Position numbers and translations under genes: made by a program. Below the pieces are notes generated by a model. It saw nothing but the letters and a program-made list of their open reading frames with translations. It was not told the origin of the DNA and searched no databases. 64,000 nt of DNA from a virus. Lineage: Duplodnaviria; Caudoviricetes. Position 1 is the first letter of the stretch. Each line of letters starts with the position of its first letter. This document shows, piece by piece, positions 1 through 9,686 of this stretch. The stretch lies in the IMG/VR virus record IMGVR_UViG_3300032330_001742, positions 52,065 through 116,064 of that record. One strand, given 5' to 3'.

Positions 1-2
1 GT

Positions 3-269
3 TTTGATAAACTGGTATCAGGTAATACAGGTGAATTAGACAGGCTTAGCGATTATGTTGGATCCAAGGTTGTCTTAAAGGATATTGAAAAGAGTAAAAA
101 GAAGTACAACGATGGTATAGTATTTCTTGGAGATCCTAACTTATGGAAGACCATTGTGTCTCAAGAGATAGCATCAGAGGTTGCAAAGATATTTCCAGAG
201 TACGATATGGAAACCTACAATCCATCACCTGTAGATGGTGATTGGCTTTTTAAACAACTTCTGGTATAA
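3..269 (+). CDS. 5'-truncated hypothetical protein
   Basis: Open frame from the window edge (FDKLVSG...FKQLLV) to TAA at 267-269. Confidence 0.6.
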   Translation, partial: FDKLVSGNTGELDRLSDYVGSKVVLKDIEKSKKKYNDGIVFLGDPNLWKTIVSQEIASEVAKIFPEYDMETYNPSPVDGDWLFKQLLV

Positions 270-275
270 TATATA

Positions 276-331
276 TACCTGCCTAAAAAGGGGGTACAAA
301 TAACTTATTCGCTTGAAAGGGGAATAATATG
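276..331 (+). promoter_or_regulatory. ROSE-like RNA thermometer 5' UTR of hsp20, after extended -10 TGGTATAAT (262-270)
   Basis: Hairpin TTATTCGCTT/AAGGGGAATAA (305-327) sequesters the SD with a UCGCU motif; second hairpin 276-296. Confidence 0.6.
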
Positions 332-733
332 ATGAAAGCAACACTGGATCTTTTTAATGATCCATTCTTTAATACCTTTAGCACAATTGCAAAGGTTCAA
401 AATACAACAAACTATCCACCTTATAATCAAATTAAAATAAATGACAAAGAGTATATTCTTTCATTTGCTTTGGCTGGTTTTACTAAGGATGATGTTTCTA
501 TTTCGCTAGATAACCGAACGCTCACAATTCGTGGTGATCGAAAGGAAATAGAATTACCAGAGGGTGCAGAGTATCTACATCGTGGAATTGCAGCACGTAA
601 GTTCACCGATATCTTTACCCTTCCTGAGTTTGTTGAAGTTGTGGGTGCGGATTTTAAAGATGGCATTTTAAATGTTAAACTTGAAAAACAAATCCCAGAA
701 GATAAACTACCGAAGATCATTGAAATTCAGTAG
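329..733 (+). CDS. hsp20: Small heat shock protein (Hsp20/IbpA family)
   Basis: YPPYN, ALAGF, YLHRGIAARKF, A.FKDGIL.V.L alpha-crystallin motifs. Confidence 0.95.
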   Translation: MMKATLDLFNDPFFNTFSTIAKVQNTTNYPPYNQIKINDKEYILSFALAGFTKDDVSISLDNRTLTIRGDRKEIELPEGAEYLHRGIAARKFTDIFTLPEFVEVVGADFKDGILNVKLEKQIPEDKLPKIIEIQ

Positions 734-745
734 TACAATGTAATT

Positions 746-862
746 GTCGGGGGAGACAGCGACATTAAATACCTGGTATGCCTCACGTAGGACCTTGGGA
801 TGGATTAGTTACCTATTCTATACGACCTGGGCCATTGTGCTTGAATCGCCTACGTGGGGCTC
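746..862 (+). ncRNA. Putative structured small RNA
   Basis: -10-like TAGTACAAT upstream; GTCG/CGAC hairpin; 12-bp stem GCCTCACGTAGG/CCTACGTGGGGC enclosing internal hairpins; GC-rich intergenic. Confidence 0.45.
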
Positions 863-889
863 TTAATATTTTGCGGTATAATATTATTA

Positions 890-1156
890 ATGACTAACAA
901 AGAGTTAGAGACATATAATAAGCAAGAGTATAAAAGAAAACTTGCTAAGATAAAAGAAGATTCTGGCTGTGTTGATTGTGGTGTATCTAATCATATAGTT
1001 TTAGATTTTGATCACCTTAGAGATAAAAAATATAATATATCAAGAATGATTCATGATGGTTTTTCTTGGAAGGCTATAAAAAAAGAAATAGAAAAGTGTG
1101 AAGTAGTATGTGCAAACTGCCATAGGGTGAGAACTCATAATAGGTTGACAGCGTAA
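890..1156 (+). CDS. HNH-like zinc-binding endonuclease family protein
   Basis: CVDCG...LDFDHL...KCEVVCANCH; leaderless ATG about 7 nt after TATAAT. Confidence 0.75.
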   Translation: MTNKELETYNKQEYKRKLAKIKEDSGCVDCGVSNHIVLDFDHLRDKKYNISRMIHDGFSWKAIKKEIEKCEVVCANCHRVRTHNRLTA

Positions 1157-1418
1157 ACAATTTAGTATACAATTAGAGTATACAAAGGGAGAATTATGAT
1201 ACACGCACTATTTCTTATTCCAGCATTTATAATGGGGTATGTAGCCTGTTATGTTGCAATGACTTATAAAGTAGATCAAAACTAATGCGTTCTGATTTTA
1301 TTGACGCATCTAATAATAATCTTAAAACATGTATGAAATGTTTAGACGATTCTAATGATGAAAATTTTTGGGAAAATCATCAGGAGATGCGTGACAATAT
1401 TATTTGGTGTGTTTCCAA

Positions 1419-1495
1419 AGGGCAGTAGTTCAGTTGGTTAGAGCACCACTCTTATAAGGTGGTTGTCGTGGGTTCAAGTCCCACCTGCCCTACCA
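1419..1495 (+). tRNA. tRNA-Ile(UAU)
   Basis: Acceptor AGGGCAG/CTGCCCT, anticodon arm CCACT-CT TAT AA-GGTGG, T loop TTCAAGT, ACCA end. Confidence 0.92.
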
Positions 1496-1496
1496 G

Positions 1497-1570
1497 TTCC
1501 CCTTCGTATAACGGCAATACGCCACCCTTTGGAGGTGGTCATCGTGGTTCGAATCCATGAGGGGAAGCCA
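1497..1570 (+). tRNA. tRNA-Gln(UUG)
   Basis: TTCCCCT/AGGGGAA acceptor, CCACC-CT TTG GA-GGTGG, TTCGAAT, GCCA end. Confidence 0.93.
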
Positions 1571-1591
1571 ATACTATGGTATAATTTTTAC

Positions 1592-2041
1592 ATGGAGTCA
1601 CTACTAAACATGCTTAAAGTTTTGCTTGCAGATAACATTACCCTTAAACTTAAAGCCCATGGCTATCACTGGAATGTTGAAGGAGATGATTTTCTTCAGT
1701 ATCATGAACTTTTTGAAAACATTTATACAGATTATGATGGTGCAACAGATACTTATGCTGAATGGCTTCGCAAGTTAGATACATATGCACCATTTAAACT
1801 TTCTCGCTTTATTGAACTTAATGAAGTTGGAGAACCAGATGTAACTTCAGATCCAATGATGATGGCAGCAGATTTACTTATGGCTAATGATATGGTTCTT
1901 TCTAAACTTATGGATGCTTTTGATATGGCAACAGCACAACGCCAACAAGCACTTGCAAACTTTTTTGCAGAAAGAATGGATATGCATCAAAGATGGCATT
2001 GGATGCTTTCGGTATCACTAAAAGAAGTAGGTATGGATTAA
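1592..2041 (+). CDS. dps: Dps/ferritin-like DNA protection protein
   Basis: KAHGYHWNVEG..F..YHELFE..Y, D.YAE.LR, H....WML; leaderless start 6 nt after TGGTATAAT (track start 1463 overlaps tRNAs). Confidence 0.9.
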   Translation: MESLLNMLKVLLADNITLKLKAHGYHWNVEGDDFLQYHELFENIYTDYDGATDTYAEWLRKLDTYAPFKLSRFIELNEVGEPDVTSDPMMMAADLLMANDMVLSKLMDAFDMATAQRQQALANFFAERMDMHQRWHWMLSVSLKEVGMD

Positions 2042-2577
2042 TGTCTGATTGCTGTCCAGAAATAATTAGTAAACAAGATCCATGTTGGGATGGTTATGTT
2101 CAGCGTGGCATGAAAGAACAAGGTGGAAAGATGGTTCCTAACTGTGTTCCTTCAGAAAAATCAGATGCACCTATGGATGTTGCTAATAACCCAACTATTA
2201 GTGACCCAACACCTGCAGCACCTAATGGATTAGGAATGAAAAGACCACAATACATGTTAAATCAAGCACGTCCAACAAAGCCCCTTAAAATTCACAATAA
2301 GCCTGGTGTAGATATTTGGGCTGGATCTGCTTTTGGATCAAAAAAGTATGACGAAATTGTAAAAGATAATCCAGTAATGCCAACTGACACATATCAGGTT
2401 CCCGAATATGATGGTTGTGGTTGTGAAACATGCATGGAACTAAATGTAAATTGTAATAATTGTCCTGTCTGTGGACCAACACAAGTAAATGATGTTTCAG
2501 AACTTGGAAAAAGTATTTTTAATTTAGAAACAGCAGCATCATTAATAACTAAACAAACAATAAGATGGGATAAGTAA
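2041..2577 (+). CDS. Cys-rich hypothetical protein with PCWxGY...GKMVPNCV motif
   Basis: ATG overlaps dps stop; motif recalled from large-phage proteins. Confidence 0.65.
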   Translation: MSDCCPEIISKQDPCWDGYVQRGMKEQGGKMVPNCVPSEKSDAPMDVANNPTISDPTPAAPNGLGMKRPQYMLNQARPTKPLKIHNKPGVDIWAGSAFGSKKYDEIVKDNPVMPTDTYQVPEYDGCGCETCMELNVNCNNCPVCGPTQVNDVSELGKSIFNLETAASLITKQTIRWDK

Positions 2578-2723
2578 TGCCAAAAAAGAAAGCGGGATCT
2601 TTTAACGATACTCAAATTAAGGATGGCTGGATAGTTAAGATTCGTAAAGATGGAACTATTAAGTCTAAAGTAGAAAGATACTTTAATAAAACTACACAAC
2701 TAAAACCAAAATCAGAAAGATAA
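2577..2723 (+). CDS. Small basic hypothetical protein (48 aa)
   Basis: TAATG coupling; MPKKKAGSFNDTQIKDGWIVKIRKDG. Confidence 0.55.
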   Translation: MPKKKAGSFNDTQIKDGWIVKIRKDGTIKSKVERYFNKTTQLKPKSER

Positions 2724-2729
2724 CTAGCC

Positions 2730-3749
2730 ATGCGCTTAGATAAAAATGGCATTGGAATTAATGATTCTGGTAAAGAGTATCTTTGGGATTTAACATATCA
2801 GTCAATATCATCTATAACAACTTCTGATTTAGATTTTTTTCATTTAACTTGGGCAAAAGATCCAGAAGGAATAGAAGAAAAATTTAATAATGCTGACAAT
2901 AGCATACATGGTAATACAAATGGTTATCTTCCAACGCTAATAAATTCAAAATATAATTATAGGTTTAAAGATACATATCATGTTTTAGATTGTGTTCCAG
3001 TAGATTGGGCAAAAGATAGAAATAAAGACAGACAAATAGAATATAGGTATAACTCTGATTGGTTTAGATCTGATCATTTTAAAAAAGAACATACAGGTAT
3101 ACACGTTTTGTTTTCTGGATGTTCAAATACAGAGGGTATTGGCGCTAACATTGAAAATACTTGGTCTCATATGTTATATAAAAAGATGTCAGAACAATAT
3201 TATATGGATGGATACTATAACCTTGGTCAAAGTGGTGCAGGAATTGAGTCGATAATTCATAATATAACAAAATATATTAATGAGTATGGAGCACCAAATT
3301 TTATATTTTTACTACTTCCGAATATACTGCGTGGTTGGAAATGGAATGAGGAAGAGTCCAGATGGTACTACCATCAAGATAATCCTTGGGAAGATAACCC
3401 AGTAAAAGAAGAAACAATTAAAAAGCATAGAGATAGGTTTCCTACCTGGCTTTTTACAATGAGTATGTTTTTAAATTATTGTAAGGATAAAGACATTAAG
3501 GTAATTTGGAGTACATGGGATACTTGGGAAACAGATAACTTAAAGTATGTTAAACAATTTGAGAATACCTTTTTGCCAATTTCAAAAATTACCATGGAAG
3601 ATATAGAAACAAAGTACATTGATCTAATAAAAAGAGAAGATGCTATGGAAGCCAGAGATGGACATGATGGATATATAACACAAACACACTGGTATAATCA
3701 TTTTAAGGAACTACTTGTTGCAAGGGGAACACTAAATGATAATAATTGA
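2730..3749 (+). CDS. SGNH/GDSL hydrolase-like protein
   Basis: YNSDWFRS, FSGCSNTEG, NLGQSGAG, C-terminal DGH. Confidence 0.65.
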   Translation: MRLDKNGIGINDSGKEYLWDLTYQSISSITTSDLDFFHLTWAKDPEGIEEKFNNADNSIHGNTNGYLPTLINSKYNYRFKDTYHVLDCVPVDWAKDRNKDRQIEYRYNSDWFRSDHFKKEHTGIHVLFSGCSNTEGIGANIENTWSHMLYKKMSEQYYMDGYYNLGQSGAGIESIIHNITKYINEYGAPNFIFLLLPNILRGWKWNEEESRWYYHQDNPWEDNPVKEETIKKHRDRFPTWLFTMSMFLNYCKDKDIKVIWSTWDTWETDNLKYVKQFENTFLPISKITMEDIETKYIDLIKREDAMEARDGHDGYITQTHWYNHFKELLVARGTLNDNN

Positions 3750-3831
3750 TTCAATAAGAAATATTATAAAAAAAAGAAAATTAAAAAAAATATTAAAAGA
3801 AATTAACAAACCAAGAAAGTATATCTACTAA
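3736..3831 (+). CDS. Small Lys-rich peptide ending in YIY
   Basis: MIIIDSIRNIIKKRKLKKILKEINKPRKYIY*, abuts both neighbours. Confidence 0.5.
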   Translation: MIIIDSIRNIIKKRKLKKILKEINKPRKYIY

Positions 3832-4458
3832 ATGTTAAGGGTAAACTCTTTCCCAAGAACCGCTAATATTTTTGTCTCTGGTTTTTTGCAGCAGTTTTTT
3901 ACAATAGAAGACAAAACATATACACCACAAACTATGCATGACCTAAGTTTGCTTGACAACAAAGAAGTAAAACAAATAGTTATTATAAGAAATCCAAAAG
4001 ACTGCATACCATCTTTTGAAATATTAAAAAAACTAAGTGATGAATATTGTGAAGAGCCAATTTTATATGCCATAAACGAATGGATTCGGTGGCATGAAAA
4101 AGTAATTGAAAATTCAGACCACTTGTTTTTATTTTCTTTTGAGCAAATCATCAATAATCCAGTAGACTGCTTAGTATCTGTTGCTGATATAAATAAAATT
4201 AAATACATGCCAAAATATGAAATGCACAATCACCATGGCAGATGGGTTAATGCAAAAACACAACTGGGACCAGATGATTCAATTAGAAGCACATCAAAAA
4301 ATAGCAAAGAGTATCAATCAAAAGTGGATGAGTATTTCAATCAAGATCCAGAAATTTTGGAAAGAGTAGAATTGCTTTATTCTAAATTAAAAGAAACCAT
4401 CATTATAAATCAAAAATTATTTGGAATAAAAATAAAAGAAATGGGGAAAAATGAATAA
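3832..4458 (+). CDS. Sulfotransferase-like/P-loop hypothetical protein
   Basis: SFPRTAN and IIRNPKDCIPS resemble PAPS-binding motifs. Confidence 0.5.
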   Translation: MLRVNSFPRTANIFVSGFLQQFFTIEDKTYTPQTMHDLSLLDNKEVKQIVIIRNPKDCIPSFEILKKLSDEYCEEPILYAINEWIRWHEKVIENSDHLFLFSFEQIINNPVDCLVSVADINKIKYMPKYEMHNHHGRWVNAKTQLGPDDSIRSTSKNSKEYQSKVDEYFNQDPEILERVELLYSKLKETIIINQKLFGIKIKEMGKNE

Positions 4459-5230
4459 AGGAAAACTTTTTTTAGTAGGAATGCCAATTGGTAATTGGGA
4501 AGATATGTCTGTCAGAGCATACAATTATATTAAAAATGCAAAAAATATTGTTATCGAAAGAGAAGAAGCCTTTAGAGAAATTTGGCCTGCTTTAAATTTA
4601 GATAGAAGTGATGCAAATATAATATCTATTGAGTTTGAATCAAATGAAGGTGAGCCCACAGGGATTCCATATGAACTGCATAATGCAGGAAAGATACTTG
4701 ATTTATTAAACAATGGAGAGGACGTGTTTGTAGTTTCTGATGAAGGAATGCCAGGAGTAGCAGATCCTGGAGCACACATCGTGGCAGAGGCAATTAAAGC
4801 AGGGGTAGAAATAACAGCAACACCTGGTCCTTCAGTAGTAATAGCAGCAGTTTCAGTTACTGGAACAATGCATAATTTTACTTTTGATTCATTTTTACCA
4901 TTTGAAAGAGAAGACAAAAGAGAATTTCTTAAACAAAGAGCAGGACTTGCAACCCCACTTGTTTTAGTATTAAGGACAGTTAAAAATACAGATGGACCTA
5001 ATCCAGTATCTATTTTTAGCAATGAAATTCCAGAGTTTTTAGAGGATGCCTGTGAAATATTTGGATCCAATAGGCATGCAGCACTTTGTTACAATTTAAC
5101 AAGAAAAGATGAAAAGGTAGTAAGAGGAACACTCAAATATCTTAAAGATTATTTTGCTACAGAGGAAAAAAATTTACGTGATCAGATCACTGTAGTTATT
5201 GATAAGAAGTTTGGATCAATGGCTATCTAA
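4451..5230 (+). CDS. rsmI: RsmI-like tetrapyrrole-methylase family SAM methyltransferase
   Basis: LFLVGMPIGNWEDMSVRA, VSDEGMPGVADPG, PGPS, LTR.DE.V.RGT. Confidence 0.8.
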   Translation: MNKGKLFLVGMPIGNWEDMSVRAYNYIKNAKNIVIEREEAFREIWPALNLDRSDANIISIEFESNEGEPTGIPYELHNAGKILDLLNNGEDVFVVSDEGMPGVADPGAHIVAEAIKAGVEITATPGPSVVIAAVSVTGTMHNFTFDSFLPFEREDKREFLKQRAGLATPLVLVLRTVKNTDGPNPVSIFSNEIPEFLEDACEIFGSNRHAALCYNLTRKDEKVVRGTLKYLKDYFATEEKNLRDQITVVIDKKFGSMAI

Positions 5231-6647
5231 TAATAGATTGCTTGTATGTTTTTTCCCATAGTTTAATGTCATTTTCGTCATTGAGCAAAGGCTGCCCCTT
5301 AATGTTTAAACTAGTATTAAGTAAAACTGGTACACCAGTTTCTAGATAAAATTTATTAACTGTTCTCCACAAGCCTCTATGATCATTTCTATTTACTGTT
5401 TGCACTCTAGATGTTCCATCAGCATGAACAACTGAAGGAATTTTTTCTGGTTGTAAACACTTAACAGTGTATTGCATATAAGGAGATGAGAAATCCATAT
5501 CAAACCATTTTGACGCACACTCTTCTAAAACAACTGGAGCAAATGGTCTAAATAGTTCACGTTTCTTAATCATGTTTACTTTATCTTTAATGTTTGGATC
5601 TCTTGGATCAGCCAAAATTGACCTATTGCCAAGTGCACGAGGACCATACTCTGCTCTACCAGTAGCAACAGCAGCAACTCCATCTTTTAATATTGTATCT
5701 ACTATCTTTTGTACTGGGTATTCTCCACCAAGATCATAGCCAAGATAAGGAGTTTCCCAATCAAGGTGCTTGCCATAAAGTGCTGCAGCAGCACCTAAAG
5801 AACTACCAGCATCACCTGGGTTTGGCATAATCCAAATCATATCGAAAAGTTTCCATAGCGCTGTATTAGCAGAAGAGTTGAGTGCACAACCACCCATAAA
5901 AACTAAATTCTTTTTACCAGTGATTGCTTTTGCTTCTGCCATAAACTCCATAAGCCTTGTCTGGTACACAACCTGAACAGCAGCAGCAATATCAAACTTA
6001 TCTTGTTCGCCCTTGATCCATCCCCAGTCAGTTATACCTTTGTGAAAGTTATAAGACTGGCTGCGAAAGTTAGGGAAGTACTCGTCAACTTCCTTATAGT
6101 ATCTACGCCAATCACCGTATGCAGCCATGCCCATCATAATGTACTCTTCTTGGTTTGGCATTAGACCAATCAACTGTGTAAATGCAGAGTAGAACAAACC
6201 AAAACTAACAGGATAGTTTTGCTTATATTTTAATTTAATCTTATCACCTTCGCCTACCCAAACGGTAGATGTATTATATTCTCCAATTGCATCTAAGACT
6301 ACAATTACTGCATCATTAAAAGGACTAGTATAGTATCCTGCAGCAGCATGTGAATAATGATGACCAAAAGATTTTCTAGGTACATTAGGAAGGTCAAAGC
6401 GTGGCTTCCAATCCCCTGAACCACCCTTTATAAGCAGCCTGGAGGCCTTTAGAAGGGGTTTTTCATAGTAGGCTATACGATCTGGTAGGCCATGCTGTAA
6501 AGCATCATTAACTAAACTATCATTAACATACCAATCGTTTTTGTTTTTGCTATATCTTTCAGCATGTCCAGCAAATAATATTTTGCCATCTTCAATTAAT
6601 GATACAGATGCATCATGTGAAGTTTCATTAATCCCTAAAATTCTCAT
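5223..6647 (-). CDS. Carbamoyltransferase (NodU/CmcH family)
   Basis: HDASVS, HHYSHAA, DAIGE, GGCALN, GDAG, EYGPRALGNRS, KKRELFRPFAP, LLNTSLN. Confidence 0.93.
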   Translation of the reverse strand: MRILGINETSHDASVSLIEDGKILFAGHAERYSKNKNDWYVNDSLVNDALQHGLPDRIAYYEKPLLKASRLLIKGGSGDWKPRFDLPNVPRKSFGHHYSHAAAGYYTSPFNDAVIVVLDAIGEYNTSTVWVGEGDKIKLKYKQNYPVSFGLFYSAFTQLIGLMPNQEEYIMMGMAAYGDWRRYYKEVDEYFPNFRSQSYNFHKGITDWGWIKGEQDKFDIAAAVQVVYQTRLMEFMAEAKAITGKKNLVFMGGCALNSSANTALWKLFDMIWIMPNPGDAGSSLGAAAALYGKHLDWETPYLGYDLGGEYPVQKIVDTILKDGVAAVATGRAEYGPRALGNRSILADPRDPNIKDKVNMIKKRELFRPFAPVVLEECASKWFDMDFSSPYMQYTVKCLQPEKIPSVVHADGTSRVQTVNRNDHRGLWRTVNKFYLETGVPVLLNTSLNIKGQPLLNDENDIKLWEKTYKQSIIR

Positions 6648-7312
6648 TCGGCACCAGTAGAATCTCTTTTGTCTTTTAGCGGTATATTGTGATACCAATT
6701 TGGAAGAGCATATCTTGGCCCTTTTGTTACGGGATAGACCTCATGAACATACAAAAAGTTTGATGGGAAGAACAAAACACTTCCAGCCTTTGGCTTAAAC
6801 TTTAATCCAGAGTGTCTAAATTCAATCTCACCACCTTCATAGTCATCATTTAGGTATAGTAGTACAGATAGAACTCTGCTACTTATCCCCTGATCTTGGT
6901 GGGCTGGTAAATGACCACTTTTATCATATTTCAAAAGATGCATTGTATGTTCTCTAGACTTAATATTCTTTTCAGCAAATGGGTATAGTTCTGTGGTGTA
7001 ATGGTTTAATGTTTTATCTAATGCACCAAAAAGTTGTGACGAAATGCTTGCTTGCTCTTCTCTATAAACATCATTGGCTGGTATGTGTTCAACTTGTGGA
7101 ATAAACTTTTGCCAACAAAACATTAATTTATTATCGCCTTCACCATATGTCCAAGCAACCCATGGCTTAACAGATGTTAGTTGAGGCTGTTTATCTTTTT
7201 CATATCTAGCATCTAATTCTTCAATTTGCTTAATCAAGGATGCAGGGTCTTTAATCACATTTGTATAATAGGCAATTCCTAAATCTAAAGTTTCAACATT
7301 AAATTCTTGCAA
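6644..7312 (-). CDS. 2OG-Fe(II) oxygenase (prolyl 4-hydroxylase-like)
   Basis: HQD...LYLNDDYEGGE...HEV..V..G.RY. Confidence 0.88.
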   Translation of the reverse strand: MQEFNVETLDLGIAYYTNVIKDPASLIKQIEELDARYEKDKQPQLTSVKPWVAWTYGEGDNKLMFCWQKFIPQVEHIPANDVYREEQASISSQLFGALDKTLNHYTTELYPFAEKNIKSREHTMHLLKYDKSGHLPAHQDQGISSRVLSVLLYLNDDYEGGEIEFRHSGLKFKPKAGSVLFFPSNFLYVHEVYPVTKGPRYALPNWYHNIPLKDKRDSTGAE

Positions 7313-7892
7313 GAGGGTAATCCTTTGCTTTCCATTTATTTATTCCAGGATGAAATTCTGGATCTACATGCTGTGGCAAAGATGTATGCATGTACAGTCC
7401 AGTATATCTATTACCCCTTGTAACCGTAGTTATACCATGAATGTGTTCTGTTCCAGAACTTGGAAAAAATACTGCAGAATATTGTTTTGGTTTATATTCA
7501 AATCCCTGATTTGGAAAATAAATTATTCCACCATCATAATCTTTTTCATTATTAAGATACATTACTGTACTAAACTCAATCCAAGGCTCTGGTCCTTGTG
7601 CATCAATATGAAGGTCACCTTTTGTTCCAGTTGCCCAATGAGATCCAAACCCTTTAAAAACATATATATCATTTTTAAAGCCGTACAGTTCTTTATGCAT
7701 AAGATTTGCTTTATGACCATACTTAATCATAATATCCATAACCGTTTTGTTATAAGGAAGAGATGTTCCTCCATATCGTTTGCTGTAGTATTCTGGGTAC
7801 GGATTGACCTCAGATGGATTAGTCTGTTCAGCAATCAGTGTTGCTGCATCTTCTGGTGAGATAAAGTTTTCTACTATATGTATTCTATGCAT
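7299..7892 (-). CDS. 2OG-Fe(II) oxygenase (P4H-like)
   Basis: HID...MYLN..YDGG...HGITTV..GNRY. Confidence 0.88.
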   Translation of the reverse strand: MHRIHIVENFISPEDAATLIAEQTNPSEVNPYPEYYSKRYGGTSLPYNKTVMDIMIKYGHKANLMHKELYGFKNDIYVFKGFGSHWATGTKGDLHIDAQGPEPWIEFSTVMYLNNEKDYDGGIIYFPNQGFEYKPKQYSAVFFPSSGTEHIHGITTVTRGNRYTGLYMHTSLPQHVDPEFHPGINKWKAKDYPLARI

Positions 7893-7913
7893 AACTCTAT
7901 TATAGCACTAGCC

Positions 7914-8612
7914 CTATGCTACCCTTTTTATATAAATATCATAAAAGCCTAAATTGTGTAACGCAATTCCGTCTACAATCCAGTTTTTATTTAAAAATAA
8001 AAATTCATTTACTGTTTGAAACGTTCCATATGGCTTTTCTTCAATAACACCATCATAAATAAGATAATCGTTTAAACCAATTATTCCACCAACACGAACT
8101 AACTTTGATGATTCTTTTAAGAGTTCTCTAGTTTGACTTCTTTCATTAGTTATATCAATATAAATAAAATCATATTTTCCATTTAGTTGTTTTGCTACAT
8201 TAATAGCATCACCCTTCATTGTTGCCACATTATCATGATAATTAAACTTATCAATAATATATTGTTGATGATTTTCTGGGGTATAAAGTAATTCATGCTT
8301 AAAGCCTTCACACTGGCAAGAGCCAAACTTACGCCAAGACCAACACTTCAGATCTTGATTGTATAGGTCAACTAAAAGTGCATGAGATGCTTTTGCTGTA
8401 TCAATAAATAGTTGTGCGGAGTAACCCCAGGCTACACCAAATTCTAAATACCTTATACCAAGTGGCAAACTTTTGGCATATTCCTCTCTAGATGAATATA
8501 ATTTAGCCAAATTTAATTGATCTTGAGATATTTTTTCTGAATCTTCAATTTCATCTTCAGCAAAATCTTTAAACTCATCAAACTTTAAACCACGAACTGG
8601 TTTTCTAGCCAT
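7914..8612 (-). CDS. Class I SAM methyltransferase (Methyltransf_24-like)
   Basis: LEFGVAWG, YDFIYID, GGIIGLNDY. Confidence 0.8.
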   Translation of the reverse strand: MARKPVRGLKFDEFKDFAEDEIEDSEKISQDQLNLAKLYSSREEYAKSLPLGIRYLEFGVAWGYSAQLFIDTAKASHALLVDLYNQDLKCWSWRKFGSCQCEGFKHELLYTPENHQQYIIDKFNYHDNVATMKGDAINVAKQLNGKYDFIYIDITNERSQTRELLKESSKLVRVGGIIGLNDYLIYDGVIEEKPYGTFQTVNEFLFLNKNWIVDGIALHNLGFYDIYIKRVA

Positions 8613-8820
8613 TTGAATGAGATCCATCACAAAATGGATAGGATTTTGATTGACCACATACACACAATTTTTTGCGTTTTAGGTTTTCTATTTTTTCAAC
8701 TACTTCTGTTGCATCTTTATAAAGTCTGAGCGTTGCTTCTGATTCATTGATAGAAAGAATTTCTGCTGCTTTATCTTTGTTTTCGCCTTCTAGAATTACT
8801 ACTAGATTACCTTGCTTCAT
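8605..8820 (-). CDS. CDGSH iron-sulfur domain protein
   Basis: LCVCGQSKSYPFCDGSH. Confidence 0.88.
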   Translation of the reverse strand: MKQGNLVVILEGENKDKAAEILSINESEATLRLYKDATEVVEKIENLKRKKLCVCGQSKSYPFCDGSHSNG

Positions 8821-8823
8821 ATA

Positions 8824-9591
8824 TTACCTTTCGAGTGTATTGTTTAGTCGTGCTTCTTCATAAAAATCAAAACGGCACCAATTAGAAAGTGTATACCTTA
8901 TACCTTTTGTAATAGGAGTAACGCCATGCACATAGTAAAGGCTTCCTGGAAACATCACTATTGATCCTCGTTCTGGTTTAAAGTGATAGTCAAAGTCTGG
9001 AAAGTATAACTCTCCGCCTTCAAAGTCGTCATTTATATATGCAAGTATTGCTAAATCACCACTCCACATGTTAGGCCAAGTCTTCAATTGTTCTTCTTGG
9101 CTTGGTCCCTCATCATGATCTGGATCATTATTTACATAATGAATATCTAATATGTCTGTATGTGGTGCTAAATATGTATTCTCTGGATGAACCATCATCA
9201 TACATTTTTGATCTGTAAGATTAGATAGTTTTTCATTCCATTCTTTTGCTGCAAAATCAATCATTCTTTTGCTCATCTTTTGCATAAACTTTTCATACTC
9301 AAAAGTTACTTTTGGCTTGTCATGGAATCCACGTGCCAATGTGAGTGGATAGCAGTGAGTGCGTTCAGACATAACCTCGTACTCTTTTACAATTTCCATA
9401 AACTCTTGAATTTCATCTTCAGTAAGGAAGTTTTTAATATATACAATGTTGTCAATACCCGTTCCATATTTTTCTGTAAATACATCTGCAACCTTTTTAT
9501 CTTGTTGCCCTTCAAAAAAATAAGGTCTTGGCGTATCAATACTTTTAAAAAGTTCATCTAGAACTGGTGTTTGAAATGGATAATTGCTCAT
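8824..9591 (-). CDS. 2OG-Fe(II) oxygenase (P4H-like)
   Basis: HTD...YINDDFEGGE...HGV..I..GIRY. Confidence 0.88.
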   Translation of the reverse strand: MSNYPFQTPVLDELFKSIDTPRPYFFEGQQDKKVADVFTEKYGTGIDNIVYIKNFLTEDEIQEFMEIVKEYEVMSERTHCYPLTLARGFHDKPKVTFEYEKFMQKMSKRMIDFAAKEWNEKLSNLTDQKCMMMVHPENTYLAPHTDILDIHYVNNDPDHDEGPSQEEQLKTWPNMWSGDLAILAYINDDFEGGELYFPDFDYHFKPERGSIVMFPGSLYYVHGVTPITKGIRYTLSNWCRFDFYEEARLNNTLER

Positions 9592-9610
9592 AAAACAATT
9601 ATACCATTAG

Positions 9611-9682
9611 CACCCCCAGTAGGATTCGAACCTACGACTTACTGCTTAGAAGGCAGTTACTCTTCCGCTGAGTTATGGAGGT
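9611..9682 (-). tRNA. tRNA-Arg(UCU)
   Basis: ACCTCCA/TGGGGGT, ACTGC-CT TCT AA-GCAGT, TTCGAAT; CCA not encoded. Confidence 0.92.
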
Positions 9683-9686
9683 AAAG

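Noticed and set aside
1463-1591. N-terminal extension of Dps in the ORF track
   Set aside because: Overlaps two tRNAs; a leaderless start at 1592 fits the family length
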